From: the human T2T-CHM13v2.0 reference genome, Homo sapiens
Reading direction: 5' to 3' (one strand)
NCBI RefSeq assembly: GCF_009914755.1
Contig: NC_060942.1
DNA: 64,000 bases
Positions 43,191 to 56,063 of the stretch are shown here, one piece after another (positions within the stretch are counted from its first letter, which is position 1; the number at the start of each line of letters is the position of its first letter). Below the pieces are notes generated by a model, which was not told where the DNA came from, did not search any database, and saw only the letters and a program-made list of their open reading frames with translations. The translations under genes and the position numbers were made by a program.

Positions 43191-46100
43191 TATGATTTTC
43201 ACATCTTCTGTGAAAGTATGGCCAAATAAACATGGTAGAGTAGGGCTATGTATTTGGCCCATTTACAGAAAGCAAGACTCCAGAATGTTCTTGGGTTTAG
43301 CTAACCTGTAAAGCTGTGACCAGGCCAGATGTTGAGGGAATTAGGAATCTGGATGATATCTGATCCTCCCGTGTTCTTTCCAGTCCTCCACGTGGTCTTA
43401 AAAATTAAATCATTTATTGACATATTAGATGCTGGGGACACTATTTTCTCTTCCTCAGTTTCCCTCTTTGCACAGCATTTCTCACTGTGGTTCATTTTGT
43501 TCCATGTCACCTCATCTGAACCTCCACTCTCCATCCCCAGGCTCACAGGTTCTGCCACTCCTTCCTCTGGGAACCCTTAGTGTTACCATCACCTTCTCAC
43601 ATGACATTGCCATGGTTTGGGGACATGTCTGTCTCCCCAAATAGGCGAAATTTTATGGAAAAAAGTATTGGGCAAAAGTTTGTTCCCATATATCCCCTCC
43701 AGCTTCCCCAATTTCCCATTAGTAAAATCTTGCATGAATGTGGTACGTTTGTTACAACTGATAAACCAACGGCTGAGACTGTTTTCATTTACAATTATAA
43801 CCTCATGCTCAGCATAGCACCTACCTAGTAGATAACCAATCATTAAGATTATTGTAGGGTTTATATACTCATAAGTATTTAAAATGTGATTATAATCCAA
43901 GGGAATTGGGATTTCAATAAGTTCTTCTTAAGCAGTCTTCTGTCTTACCAGGTCTCATGACCTTGTCATTGTTCACGTGTAGCCTCCTCATCCTCAGGCT
44001 AAATCGGGGGTACCTCAAGCCTCCACTACTCACAGTCATCCCCACAGACAAAAGGGATGAGTCAGACTTCTCAAAAGCAAAGCCTTTGCTTTGGCATGTG
44101 TGTGTTTTCTCTCTGAATTTACACGGTGGCATAAATGTCATGGCTAGGATGTGAGTGAGTTTCAGTGGCTCAGTTGTTTACCTTATTTTTATTGTACAAT
44201 CACATCATACGGCCAATTCCATTTCTGTTAGCCATTTTCAGTTACTCTTCTGCATTTCCTTGAGGCTCCAGTCCCAGCTCTGGGGCCAGCATCTATGGTA
44301 CCTCTCTGCCTACATTTCTTCACCTGTTCAATGAAGATGTTGGATTCGGTCCATGATTTTTACCCTGCAGTTCACAGAATGTCCTGAAAGACCACAGGAA
44401 GTTTCTGGGCATCCATATCCCTGAAATTGTATTAACATCTTGTGTATCTGAACTTTTTCTTTTCTTTTTCTTTTTTTTTTTTTTTTTTACAACTTGTATA
44501 TGGAGGCCATAACTCCAACAAGCTTCAAAATCACAGGAAAATAAGATTTCCAAAGTCCGACCAAGCAATTTTTTTTCACTGTAAAATAAAGTTTTCGTGA
44601 TGCCACATTTTCTCTTGAAAACATCAGCAGGTAATAATGGAGTGAGGCTGCGGGTTGAAATGAGCCATGCTTCCTGGGGGTTCGTTTGTCACGTGCCGCA
44701 TTTGAGTTCTTGAGAACAAGGTCTAGAGTCCAATTCTCTTGCCTCACTCAGTGCTGACAGTAACTTGGGTTGCGTGCTTCCTGGCTAGGGAAATGGGCGT
44801 CACCCAAGCCTGGCCAGTCATTTTGTAGAGGCTGTCTTGGGTCGTGTTTCAGAGAGTTGTTTTTCACCAACTCTCTCTGACTGGTGTTTGAAGAGCAAAT
44901 GGCACACAGCTAAATGCCTGGCAGATAAGGAGCTAATTTCTCATGGCTGCACCTGAAAAACCATGATGGTTGTATTGTCAATAACTGCTGCCAACAGACT
45001 GTCAGTGTAGACCTGGACATTGCGCCTGTGAATAAATCTCCTCTTGAAACGTGGTATACTTTGCAGCAGCCCAGGGGAAAAAGGAAAGTTATTGTCTTCC
45101 CTGAGCAGAGGAGAGGCTCTGGGGACGTGGTCCAGGTTTTCCCACGGGGAGCTTCGTTAATGTATTTGACACTTGATGAGAGAAGCATGTGCTGTAATTA
45201 TTAGTCTCACAGTTCAGCGATTTTTATAGACCCCAAAGCGTGATACTGTAGATGTATCTTTCACTCCCCTACTTCCGTTCTTGAAGGGGATTTTTGTTCC
45301 TCCCCCTACATATTCTTTCACTGATGTAAATTGGTTCTCATTTTTCTCATTGGGCCCTTCTAATTAATGTTCTGGTCTGTCTTTCCCCACACACTGAAGT
45401 TTTCTTCATTGTGCTCTTGGCTGAACAGGAAGCATAGCACCCCTTTGGCTGTACTTTTCAGCACTGATCTTTGTGGGCCACAAAGGGGTTTTGAGACAAA
45501 GCAGGAATGGTCCCCAGGGGTCTCCAATGCTTTGCCCTCTACTCTTGTTATTACAAGCTAGTTTACAGCATAATACATGATTGCAACTATTAAAGGGACA
45601 TAGTTCATTTTAAAAGGCAAGAAACATGGCAAGAAAGGATGGAGGGGCAGTTCTAAAGACTTCCACAAATAATGTTCTGATTACACCTTCTTGTGGTTAC
45701 CAAAGATAAGCTTCTAATTGCATTTACTCAAAGGCTAATGCTACCCAAATGAGTATACCCCAGGCAGATTTAATTTGGAAGCGGTGGGAGAAAAAATGCA
45801 TATGTTTCTTCATTTATTTATTGGCCAAGTGCAAGCTGTACTTAACCTAAAAGTAAGGGATGTATAATCAGCCTGCCCCCAGCTTCTCCCCAGCTGCTGG
45901 AATCAGCAATCAGCAGTACTTCTCCAGGACCTTCTGCAGCCTTAGCTCTCATTGGCTGCTGGCCACCCCTTGGGGCTGTGCTGGGGGGACCTCTTTGCAC
46001 ACCTCCCACCTGGCAGTCCCAGAGCTTCAGGAGAAAGGCAAATCTTAATGACTCCAGTTTGATCTCAGCCCCCATTTCTGCTTTGAGTTTTACTGTTATA

Positions 46101-46497
46101 CTTTTTTTTTGTTTGTTTGAGAAAGAGATAGAATTTCTGCTGGTAGGTAGAAGAGGATCCAGCAGGCATTTCCCTATGTCAGACGTCATGCCCAAACCAG
46201 CAACTCTGATGTGACAGCCCTGTCACCTCCGCTCTGTCGCCAAGGCTGGAGTACAGTGGCATGATCATGGCTCACTGCAGCCTTGACCTCCTGGGTTCAA
46301 GCAGTCCTCCCACCTCAGCCTCCTGAGTAGCTGGGGCTGTAGGCCACCACCCCTGGCTAATTTTTGTATTTTTTTTTTGTAGAGGCAGGATTTCACCAGG
46401 TTGCTCAGTCTAGTCTCAAATTTCTTGGCTCAAGCGATCTGCCGGCCCTGGCCTCCCAAAGTGCTGGGATTACACGTGTGAGCCACTGTGCCCGGCC
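46101..46497 (-). mobile_element. Alu (AluJ-like) carrying an ~100-bp non-Alu insertion near its 3' end
   Basis: tttgagaaagagatag|insert|gctctgtcgccaaggctggag...cccggcc. Confidence 0.88.
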
Positions 46498-48664
46498 TTT
46501 TTATGCTTTTTTGACATTCACCAGGAAGGGACCCACAGTGTCATGTCTTGGTTGCTCAGCACCTTTTTTTCCTTGATGCTCTGATTTAGAGCTTTCCACC
46601 TGAGTCTGGGATGGCAGGAACCATCTGCTCCCCTGCAACCTCCCCTGATTGGAGCTGTACTACCCTCACTAACATGTGTTCATGGCCAAGGTGAGCAAAG
46701 AGAAGCAAGGAGAACCTCTGCGAACTCACGAGAAAAGTTTGGGATTCGCATATAGGTGAAGCCTCTGCAGCTGCCCTCTTGCTGGCTTAGGGTAGTCTAC
46801 AGCCCCCTTCTGCACCACATGTGGAATCTACTTTATTTTGCTTTGCCTGATTTTCAGGCAGTGGGCACACTTGAATTCCTTTCCTTGAGATTCAGGAGCT
46901 GTTAGGACAGTCTATACAGTATATTGCATGTAGCTGGAGGGTCAGTGGACCTGCAACTAGGCTGTGCCAACCACAGATTGAAGTCATATGTGCACATGCC
47001 TCTGCACACACACACACCCACATATACACGTGGGAGACCCACACAGTGAGCACAGCCTGCAGAGTAGAGAATTGGATTGCAGAACTAGGGAGCACGATGT
47101 CTGTCAGTCATCCTACCTCGAGGAATCCTTGCACACACCTGCATAACCCAGACTGAAAATACCTGAATCTACATAGACAGGCTGCTTCTAAAGAAGGGGT
47201 GATTGGAGTTCCATAGGAAATGGATCCAAGAGTGATGTAAAGAATGTCTTTGGGAATCTGGCAGGCCAGGTACCGTTCCTGGTTGAGCCCTTCACATTCT
47301 AGTCTCAGCTGAAGGAGAGGCCTGCACAGCCTTGGTGAAGTTTCTGTGTGGTGAAACTTGGATGCAACACAAATGGAATGCCTGGTTTCTTGAACTTGGA
47401 ATGTTACCCAGCAGATAAAGCTCCAGAGGACACCTCACATGGCATTGTTAGTCCTGCAGCAAGGAACCCAGGCCCTGGGCTGTGGGAGGAAGTGCTTCTC
47501 CTTTGGTCTGTGTGGGCCTCTCTTGAACCACATCAAAGGGCTGTCACATCAAAGTTGCTGGTTTGGGCATGATGTCTGACATAGTGAAATGCCTGCTGGA
47601 TCCTCTTCTACCAGCAGAAATTGTACCTCATGTAAAATGACAAATTATATGTCATTTACAAACATCCTTGCATCCTAATCCTTCCTAAGCCTCTAGGTAG
47701 ACTGAGGTGTCTCTTAAAATGTATGTTACGAATCAACAGAATAAGATAGGTTTAGGCAGAGAGGCTTTTTGGTACCACTGTTTTAAACATAGCAGGTAGC
47801 TTTGAGTTTTAATAAAGCACTATGATTTCATTTTAAACCACAGTATTGTTCTTTGTAGAGAGAGAATGTATTATGGAATTGTCTTTCCAAAGACAGTACT
47901 CTAGAGTAATATTCCTTTAAATAAATATTTTGTTACTTTTATTTCAACCATGATGATGACGCTAGTATTGCTCTCGTGATATAGGGAATAATGCATAACA
48001 TTTGTTAAAATATTGAATGCTTATAAATATTAAAGGTTTGCAGTAGTTCAAGAGAAGGTATCTGTCAAAAAATGAAACATCACTGCTAGCCATTTGTATG
48101 AAGGATAAAAAAAGTTACAATGTAACAGATGCCACATGGTGGGATTTCTGATCAAGACCTTGTCTGGTGCTTTATACCATAGGGAATTAAAAAGAAAAGC
48201 ATTTTAAGGGAAATTTCAGCCAAAATAGGTAATATTTTTATATAGATTAGCTGTTCTTTTGAGCTTTGATATTGAAAAACAAAACTTACATTAACATTTG
48301 TGAATCTGCAAAGTCTGTAGTGAGAATTCTCTTGCTTAAAACAATAAAAATCATTATTTGGGAACAGTACTACATATTTTCTTACTCAGTTTTGTTTGAA
48401 ATAGACAATTTAAACAAATGACTATAAAGGTTTTGTTTTGAAAATTAAAGATAGTTGGAATGAAAAGTACTTCTCAATTAGAAATTGTAGTTTATTTTAA
48501 TTAAATGACATTTGGCAAAAAAGAGGAGAGGTTTTTGGCACCACTGGGAGATATCTTTGGCATTTGTAGAAGGATGCTGTTTATCAAAGAGTTTGAGATG
48601 GCGTCAGAACCTGCCTGAGGTCTTTGGTTCTAGTGCCACTGAAGAGTAAGTTGTGATGTCGCAG

Positions 48665-50075
48665 AGGTTAAAAATACAGTGAATGCATAGCAATTAGAAG
48701 ACAATGGTCAGATTGCATGTAAGCAAGATGCAACTATATAAGAAATTCTACATAGATAGTTTAAAAATAAAAGGATAGAAAAAGATACACCATTCACTAA
48801 CCCAAAGTGTCCATATTCATATCAGAAAAGTAGACTTTAAAACAGGGAATATTGACAGGGATGAAGAGAGGTATTACATAGCAATAAAAGTTCAATACAC
48901 CAAGAAGCCACAACAATCCCAAATGTAAGCACACCTACCAACAGAACTTCAAAGCACCTAAAGCAGGAACTCATAAAGATGAAAGAAGAAATACACAAAT
49001 CCACTGTAATAGTTGGAGACTTCAACTCTCCTTTCACACTAATCTATAGAACAAGTAAATGGAAAGTCAGTAAGAATATAGAAGATGTGGACACCACTAT
49101 TACTCAATTTGATATAGTGGATATTTATAGAACAGCCACTCAATAACAGCAGAATACATGTTCTTTTAAAGTGTACATGAGACATTCACCAGGATAAGCC
49201 ATATTCCGGGCCATAAAATAAGCCTTAATAAGTCTAAAAGATTTGATAAAGTATATGTTCTGACCACAAAGAAATTAAATTAGAAATTAGTAACAGATAT
49301 CTGGAAAATCTCTAAATATTTGGAAATTAAACAATACACCTTAATAAACCATGGGTCAAAAAAATCACAAGGTTAAGTTATTCCCCTCTGAATTCAATAT
49401 TAATAAAATTTTCAAATAAATGAAAATGAAAACAATATATCAAAATTTACAGGAAGCAGTTGAAGCAGTACTTAGAGATGAACTTATAGCATTAAATACT
49501 TCTATTAGAAACAAGACGGGTCTCAAATCATTTAAATTTCTACCTGAAGAAACTAGAAGAGCAAACTAAACTTAAAGCAAACGAAAGGAAATAATGAAAT
49601 AGAAATCAGAAAAGCAGTAGGAAAAAACCTCTAATGAAATCAATAGCTGATTCTTGAAAAAGGCTAAAATAAAATTGATAGATTTCTAGTCACTGACCAA
49701 GTAAAATAGAAGACACAAATTACCAATACCAGGTATAAAAGGACATTGCTACAGTTAATAAAAGGATGACAGAGAATATGAACAGCTTTATGCCCATACA
49801 TTTAACAACTTAAATGGACAAATTCCTTGAAAGACACAAATGAACAAACTTCATTGAAGAACAAAGAGATAATCAGAATAGCCCTACATTAATGAAGAAA
49901 TTGAATAAATAACACAAAGTCTATACAAATCCCTTCTGAAAGCAGAAGGGGAAGGAGTACCCCCAACTCACAAAATTCGCATTGTCTCAATATTAACACC
50001 ATTGCAAGAAAAGAAACTATAAACCAGTATTTCTTATGATTATAGATGCAGAAATTTTCAACAAAATATTAGCAG
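48665..50075 (+). mobile_element. Degenerate L1M ORF2 fragment (endonuclease to RT start)
   Basis: atagttggagacttcaactctcct (IVGDFN motif), cattcaccaggata..., gatgcagaaattttcaacaaaatattagca; many stops. Confidence 0.85.
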
Positions 50076-50313
50076 TCATTCTCAGCTGATTTTTTTCTAA
50101 TATTTAATTTGTATTTTAAAAACTGATTATTTTGACTACAGCACCAAGTAGTAAAACCTTAATGATCAGAACACAACTAATGATGATCTTCATTTAGATG
50201 AATCAGAAACAATAATATGTCACTAGTAACTAAAGGAGACTTTAACTGTGATATTTTGAGTCTACTTATGGCATATTTCTGCTTATCATCTGCTAACAAG
50301 TAAGAAGGTCTAA

Positions 50314-50718
<405 letters not shown>

Positions 50719-51819
50719 TAGGATAAATCTGGTCCACTTCTTTGGGGGTATACATGGCCCATGCTTTCACTTGATAGTTTTATTCTTATTTATTAGAAGT
50801 AGTATTAGCAAAAAACAAAGTCTTTTTCTCTGGGATTTGGGGATTCTCAGATGTTAGCTGTGAAAGCTGGAAGAAGTGTGATCACCCCAGAGACCAGGGT
50901 TCTACTCCAGGCGTGATGCAGTAGGAAACCCACTATTTATTACTCATATGTTGAGGCCACACAGACTCTTTAGAGGTCAGCCTGAGAGTCACCAGGGCCT
51001 TGTTTCTTCGGGTCAGAGATGAATTAGATGTTCAGATTGGGGATGGTTGATTCCTCTGGAGCTTTCTAGGCTCCTACTTTTTAGAAAGGTGATGCATTTT
51101 TCTCTTAATCACAACTCTTCATAATTAGCAAGTGTTTGTGGGCTGCATATTGTATTTAGAGGTGGTAGATTCCATAGTGGTCAAACAACAGGGAATCTTT
51201 GGAGTCACATACCACTCCCCAGACCCCCACCCTACAGTATCTTGCCCCTGCCACTTAGCAGCAATATGTATTAAGTTGTGAGTTTGGAGGAGCCTGCACT
51301 GCCCCAGGATGTGAGAGAAAACCACAGTGTCTGTAATACAGCAAGGGAGGGGGCTGTGTGACCAAGGGCTTGGCAGACCGTGCAAAGGATTTTGGATTTC
51401 ATTCTGGCTGCGGTGGGCAGCCACTGAAGGGTTTAAATGGGGAAGTGATGTCATCTAGTGGGAGTTTCCACAGGAGCCCTCTGTTCTTTGCCGGAAGGCA
51501 ATATGTCTGGTAGGGAGACCTTTGAAGAAATGACTGCCAAGCAAATACTGAGCTTTACCTATCTGTGTCCTGTTAAATCTCTCTCAGTGGGGGCCTATCC
51601 ATTTCCTGGGCCACTGTGAAAAACCAGCATATCCTTTCTGTCACTAGACTTCTGCAAACTCTTCTGGGGCCATTTGTTCCATGCCACTTGCACAAGGGGG
51701 GAATGTGGCTCTGCCCTGTATCCCTTTAGGCTAGAATTGAAGCCCGAGGTGGTTGGCCAATGACGTGACATTGTTTTGAATGCCTTTATTATATCTAAAC
51801 ACTTTAAATGATATTTTGC

Positions 51820-52010
51820 ATTCCACTCCATAGTACACATGCTTAATTTAACACAGAACCCATTTTCCTGTAATACTGTCTGTTCCCATTTTACAGATGG
51901 AGAATCCAAGGCTTAGAGATGTAAAGTGTTTTGTTCAAGGTCACATAGCTAGTAAATGGTGATACCAGGTTTGGAATGCAGGCAGTCTGATTACTTAGCC
52001 TTTGCTCCTG
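51820..52010. mobile_element. MIR
   Basis: cccattttacagatggagaatccaaggcttagagatgtaaagt...caaggtcacatagctagtaaatgg core. Confidence 0.75.
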
Positions 52011-53188
52011 ATAATTCCATTCTTCACTGTGGTATCCTAGTGCCTCGAACTGTACCCAGCAGGTTCTCAGTAAACATGCGTTGGGTGATTCTATTGGAAA
52101 AGTCTGGCATCGGGTGCTAGGAATGCAACCCTATGCACACCTGAGCCACCTGGATCAGGACCAAGTGTGGGTGCTGGGAGGCTAAGCGGGATGTGTGCTC
52201 CTTGGTGTCCTGCATAACCAGAACAGGACTCCCTCCGGTGTGTCTTCAGCACCTCGCAGCACCATCACTCTGGCCAGCTAGTAATTGTGGCATACTCATC
52301 TGTCTCTCTAGCTGCATGGTGATCTCTGGAGGATGGGCCCTGTATTAAGCTCACCTCCTTCTTCCTGAGGCCTGGTCTAACTCATATATTTGAAATGTGA
52401 CTGCTCAACAGTGGGCTTATGGAAGTCAGCCCAAGTCTTCAGCCAGAGAATTCCAAGAGTGGGATCTTTCATCTGCCTTGCCCATGGCCAGAACCATCCT
52501 TGAACATGAGTGAGAAAACAGGCCCAGGCAGAGCTAAGGCTGGCTTCCTGCCCAGAGGCCCTCATGTGACTAGAAGGAGCCAGCTAGTCCGTAGAGCTGC
52601 CATGCTGCCCTTGGGTCTCCCATGCTGCCTAGGGAACCCTAGGGCCTGAGGAGCGCTCAAGGCAGCCAGCACACCCCAGGAACAGGAGATGCAGAAAGCA
52701 TGGGGGTGCAGGGCCTGTAAGGCAAGGGAGGCATGAGGTAGAAGGATGGATTCTGTTCTGGCTGCGTGGGTTTTTCTGGGTATAGTTGGCCATCAAGTGG
52801 AAATAGTTTATAAACTGGAAAATAGGGTCTGCAAACAGCTGGAAATAGAGATCTGGAGAGAGGAAGGGTGGGAGATGAGGGTGAAAAATCTAGGTGATAG
52901 TTGTCAGTGATAGCCAGAGTGGATTTCTACCTGTTTGAGAGGGAATAGGCAAAAGGGCAGGCCCCAAATCTGTCCCATCTACACATTATTCCATGCCACC
53001 TGTCACACACCAGATATGTATATGCAACATTCTTCTTATGGTTGGGGGTAAGGTCTGTATCCTGAATGAAATGAATAGGCTTTCATTACCTTTCCAGGGA
53101 TAGTTTTGTTATCATTCATATCCTGTCTGTGTTTTCACTGTCGATAGAGTCAGTTTAATTAATTTATATGTTTTATTCTTTATTTCAG

Positions 53189-53256
53189 AAAAACTATACA
53201 ACTCCAGCGGACGAGATTTGAGAAGGGCCCTCTTCTCCCTGAAGCAGATATTTCAG
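53189..53256 (+). CDS. FHOD3: FHOD3 internal coding exon (68 nt; probably exon 4), GBD/FH3 region
   Basis: Acceptor ttttattctttatttcag| and donor CAG|gtaaat. Phase-1 start; translates (G)AA AAA CTA TAC... = [23 protein letters not shown], recognised as FHOD3 (FHOD1 paralogue reads [22 protein letters not shown]). Confidence 0.96.
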
Positions 53257-53496
53257 GTAAATAGGAAAAAAATAAGTACTTACCTGTTTTTACATTGCTG
53301 TGAAATTAGATACAGGCAAGCTTCTACCTGTACTTGTTATGAAAAGGAAGGACAAATTTAGATTACAATATTTATATTTAGATTACAATATACATTAGGT
53401 CATAATATCAGTTGAGAATTTTTATCATGTCAAATATTTCAAACATAATAAAAAGTAAAGGTAACTTTATCACATATTTTTCCATATTTACTTCTA

Positions 53497-53968
53497 GTTT
53501 TTTTTTTTTTAACTATTATTATACTTTAAGTTCTGGGACACGTGCAAAATGTGCAGGTTTGTTACACAGGCATACATGTGCCATGGTGGTTTGCTGCACC
53601 CATCAACCCATCATCTACATTAGGTATTTCTCCTAATGCTATCCCTTCCCTAGCCCCCTACCCACTGACAGGCCCTGGTGTGTGATGTTCCCCTCCCTCT
53701 GTCCATGTGTTCTCATTGTTCAACTCTCACTTATGAGTGAGAACATGTGGTGTTTGGTTTTCTGTTGCTGTGTTTTCTGAGAATGATGGTTTCCAGCTTC
53801 ATCCATGTCCCTGCAAAGGACATGAACTCATTCTTTTTTATGGCTGCATAGTGTTCCATGGGGGTATATGTGCCACATTTTCTTCATCCAGTCTACCATT
53901 GATGGGCATTTGGGTTGGTTCCAAGTCTTTGCTATTGTGAATAGTGCTGCAATAAACATACATGTGCA
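53497..53968 (-). mobile_element. Primate L1PA 3' end (~L1PA7/8-like)
   Basis: Poly-T followed by attatactttaagttctggg...aataaacatacatgtgca; nested in an older L1M remnant. Confidence 0.9.
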
Positions 53969-55184
53969 AAGCCTATTAGAGGTATAACTGAAGACCTGTG
54001 TTATGCTCCCCCATCCCAAACAACCTCTTTCCACCCTACCCCCACATGCATGTTTCCTAATGGTAAATATTCACCAACAATATGTGATATTCTTTTGTAT
54101 GAACTGTATACATATGTGATCATGTTGCATATATATCCTACTTCTGCTTACTGAGAATGGGATAGGTGTAGGCATAGCTGGTGTAGCTCTGATTGAAGAT
54201 TGCATTGGATGAATAAAACACAAGTTGTTTTATTCATTCTTCTATTGGCAGATGGTTAATTTCCAGTGTTTTGCTGTTATAAACCATGCTATTGTGGCTA
54301 TGCCCCCTTGTGTACCTGTGCAAATCTGTCTTGGATTCCATAGTATCGTTGCCTCCTAAACCTTCCCTCCATTCCTACCCTGAGAAAGTCACCAACATAA
54401 TGAAGAGGACTAGGACAGGTGTGCAGAGAAGCCCCAAGATGATCAGCCATGTGAGGGCAGGCAGGGTCAGGAGATGGTTTCATAGAGAAGATGGTTTTTG
54501 CATTGAGCTTGCGTCTGTCTAGGTTCATTATTTTTCTTCTGTTAGGATTTTTGATTCTAGTTTACATTCTACTTCTTTTCAGTTCCCATCTCATCTACAT
54601 CCTTAAAAGATTATCTTTGTCAGCGATAGTTGTCAGTGAGAGCCAGAGTAGATTTCTACATGCTTGAGAGGGAATAGGCAAAAGGGAAGGCCCAAAATCT
54701 GTCCCATCCACACATTCTTGTCCCATTCTTACTTCACTGTGTTCAATCATACCACGGAGTCCCTTCTCTGTGTTGACATTTCTGCAGACAAGTCCTCTTT
54801 CTTTTCTTCCAACAGCCATGGTTTTGAACCTGGTGCACCCTTGCTCCACCACACTGCATACCTCAGAAATGCCTTGGGGTTTAGAGGTCTGCCTTGGTTC
54901 ATGCCTGGAAAATTGCAGCAGCTATTCATGGCACTGTGTGTGTTTGGTCCTCCCTAACTCAGTCCATTCTTAGCTTCCCACCAGAGGGAGTTACTCTCTT
55001 GTTGGTTCCATGTTGCCTTCTGGGTTACGTCTGGATTTCTCAGCATAACATGGAAGTCCTTCTTGATCTGGCCTCTGCTGCCCACCTCTCTGTCCTTGGC
55101 TACAACCTGAGTTCCTCCTGAAGTTGTACTCCAAAAGTAAGGCATGCCCTTTCTGTTCTACACCTTTGCCCTGGACCTGCGACT

Positions 55185-55473
<289 letters not shown>

Positions 55474-55637
55474 CTGGACCTACAACTTCTATCCCAGAAT
55501 GTTTTGCTACCCCACACCCACTCTATATGTATCTCAGTTTTCCTTCTGGTATCTCTTCCTGCTAGGGATGCCCTCTCAGAATGATCACTCACCCTAATTA
55601 GGGTCCCTCCGAATACCATTAAAAGTATCCTGTGCTT

Positions 55638-56036
55638 CATATACACCATGGAATACTATGCAGCCATAAAAAATGATGAGCTCATGTCCTTTGCAGGGAC
55701 CTGGATGAAACTGGAAATCATCATTCTCAGTAAACTATCGCAAGGACAAAAAACCAAACACTGCATGTTCTCACTCATAGATGGGAATTGAACAATGAGA
55801 ACACATGGACACAGGAAAGGGAACATCACACTCTGGGGACTGTTGTGGGGTGGGGGCAGGGGGGAGGGGATAGCATTAGGAGATATACCTAATGCTAAAT
55901 GACGAGTTAATGGGTGCAGCACACCAGCATGGCACATGTATACATATGTAACTAACCTGCACATTGTGCACATGTACCCTAAAACTTATAGTAATAATAA
56001 TAAAAGTAAATAAATAAATAAATACATAAATAAATA
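55638..56036 (+). mobile_element. Young primate L1PA 3' end (~L1PA3/4-like), 5'-truncated
   Basis: Canonical L1PA 3'UTR with G-tract and A-tail; perfect 17-bp TSD aaaagtatcctgtgctt at 55621-55637 and 56037-56053. Confidence 0.95.
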
Positions 56037-56063
56037 AAAAGTATCCTGTGCTTACCTGTTGTA

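Noticed and set aside
48665-50075. Possible active L1 ORF2
   Set aside because: Riddled with stops and frameshifts; no 5'UTR or ORF1.
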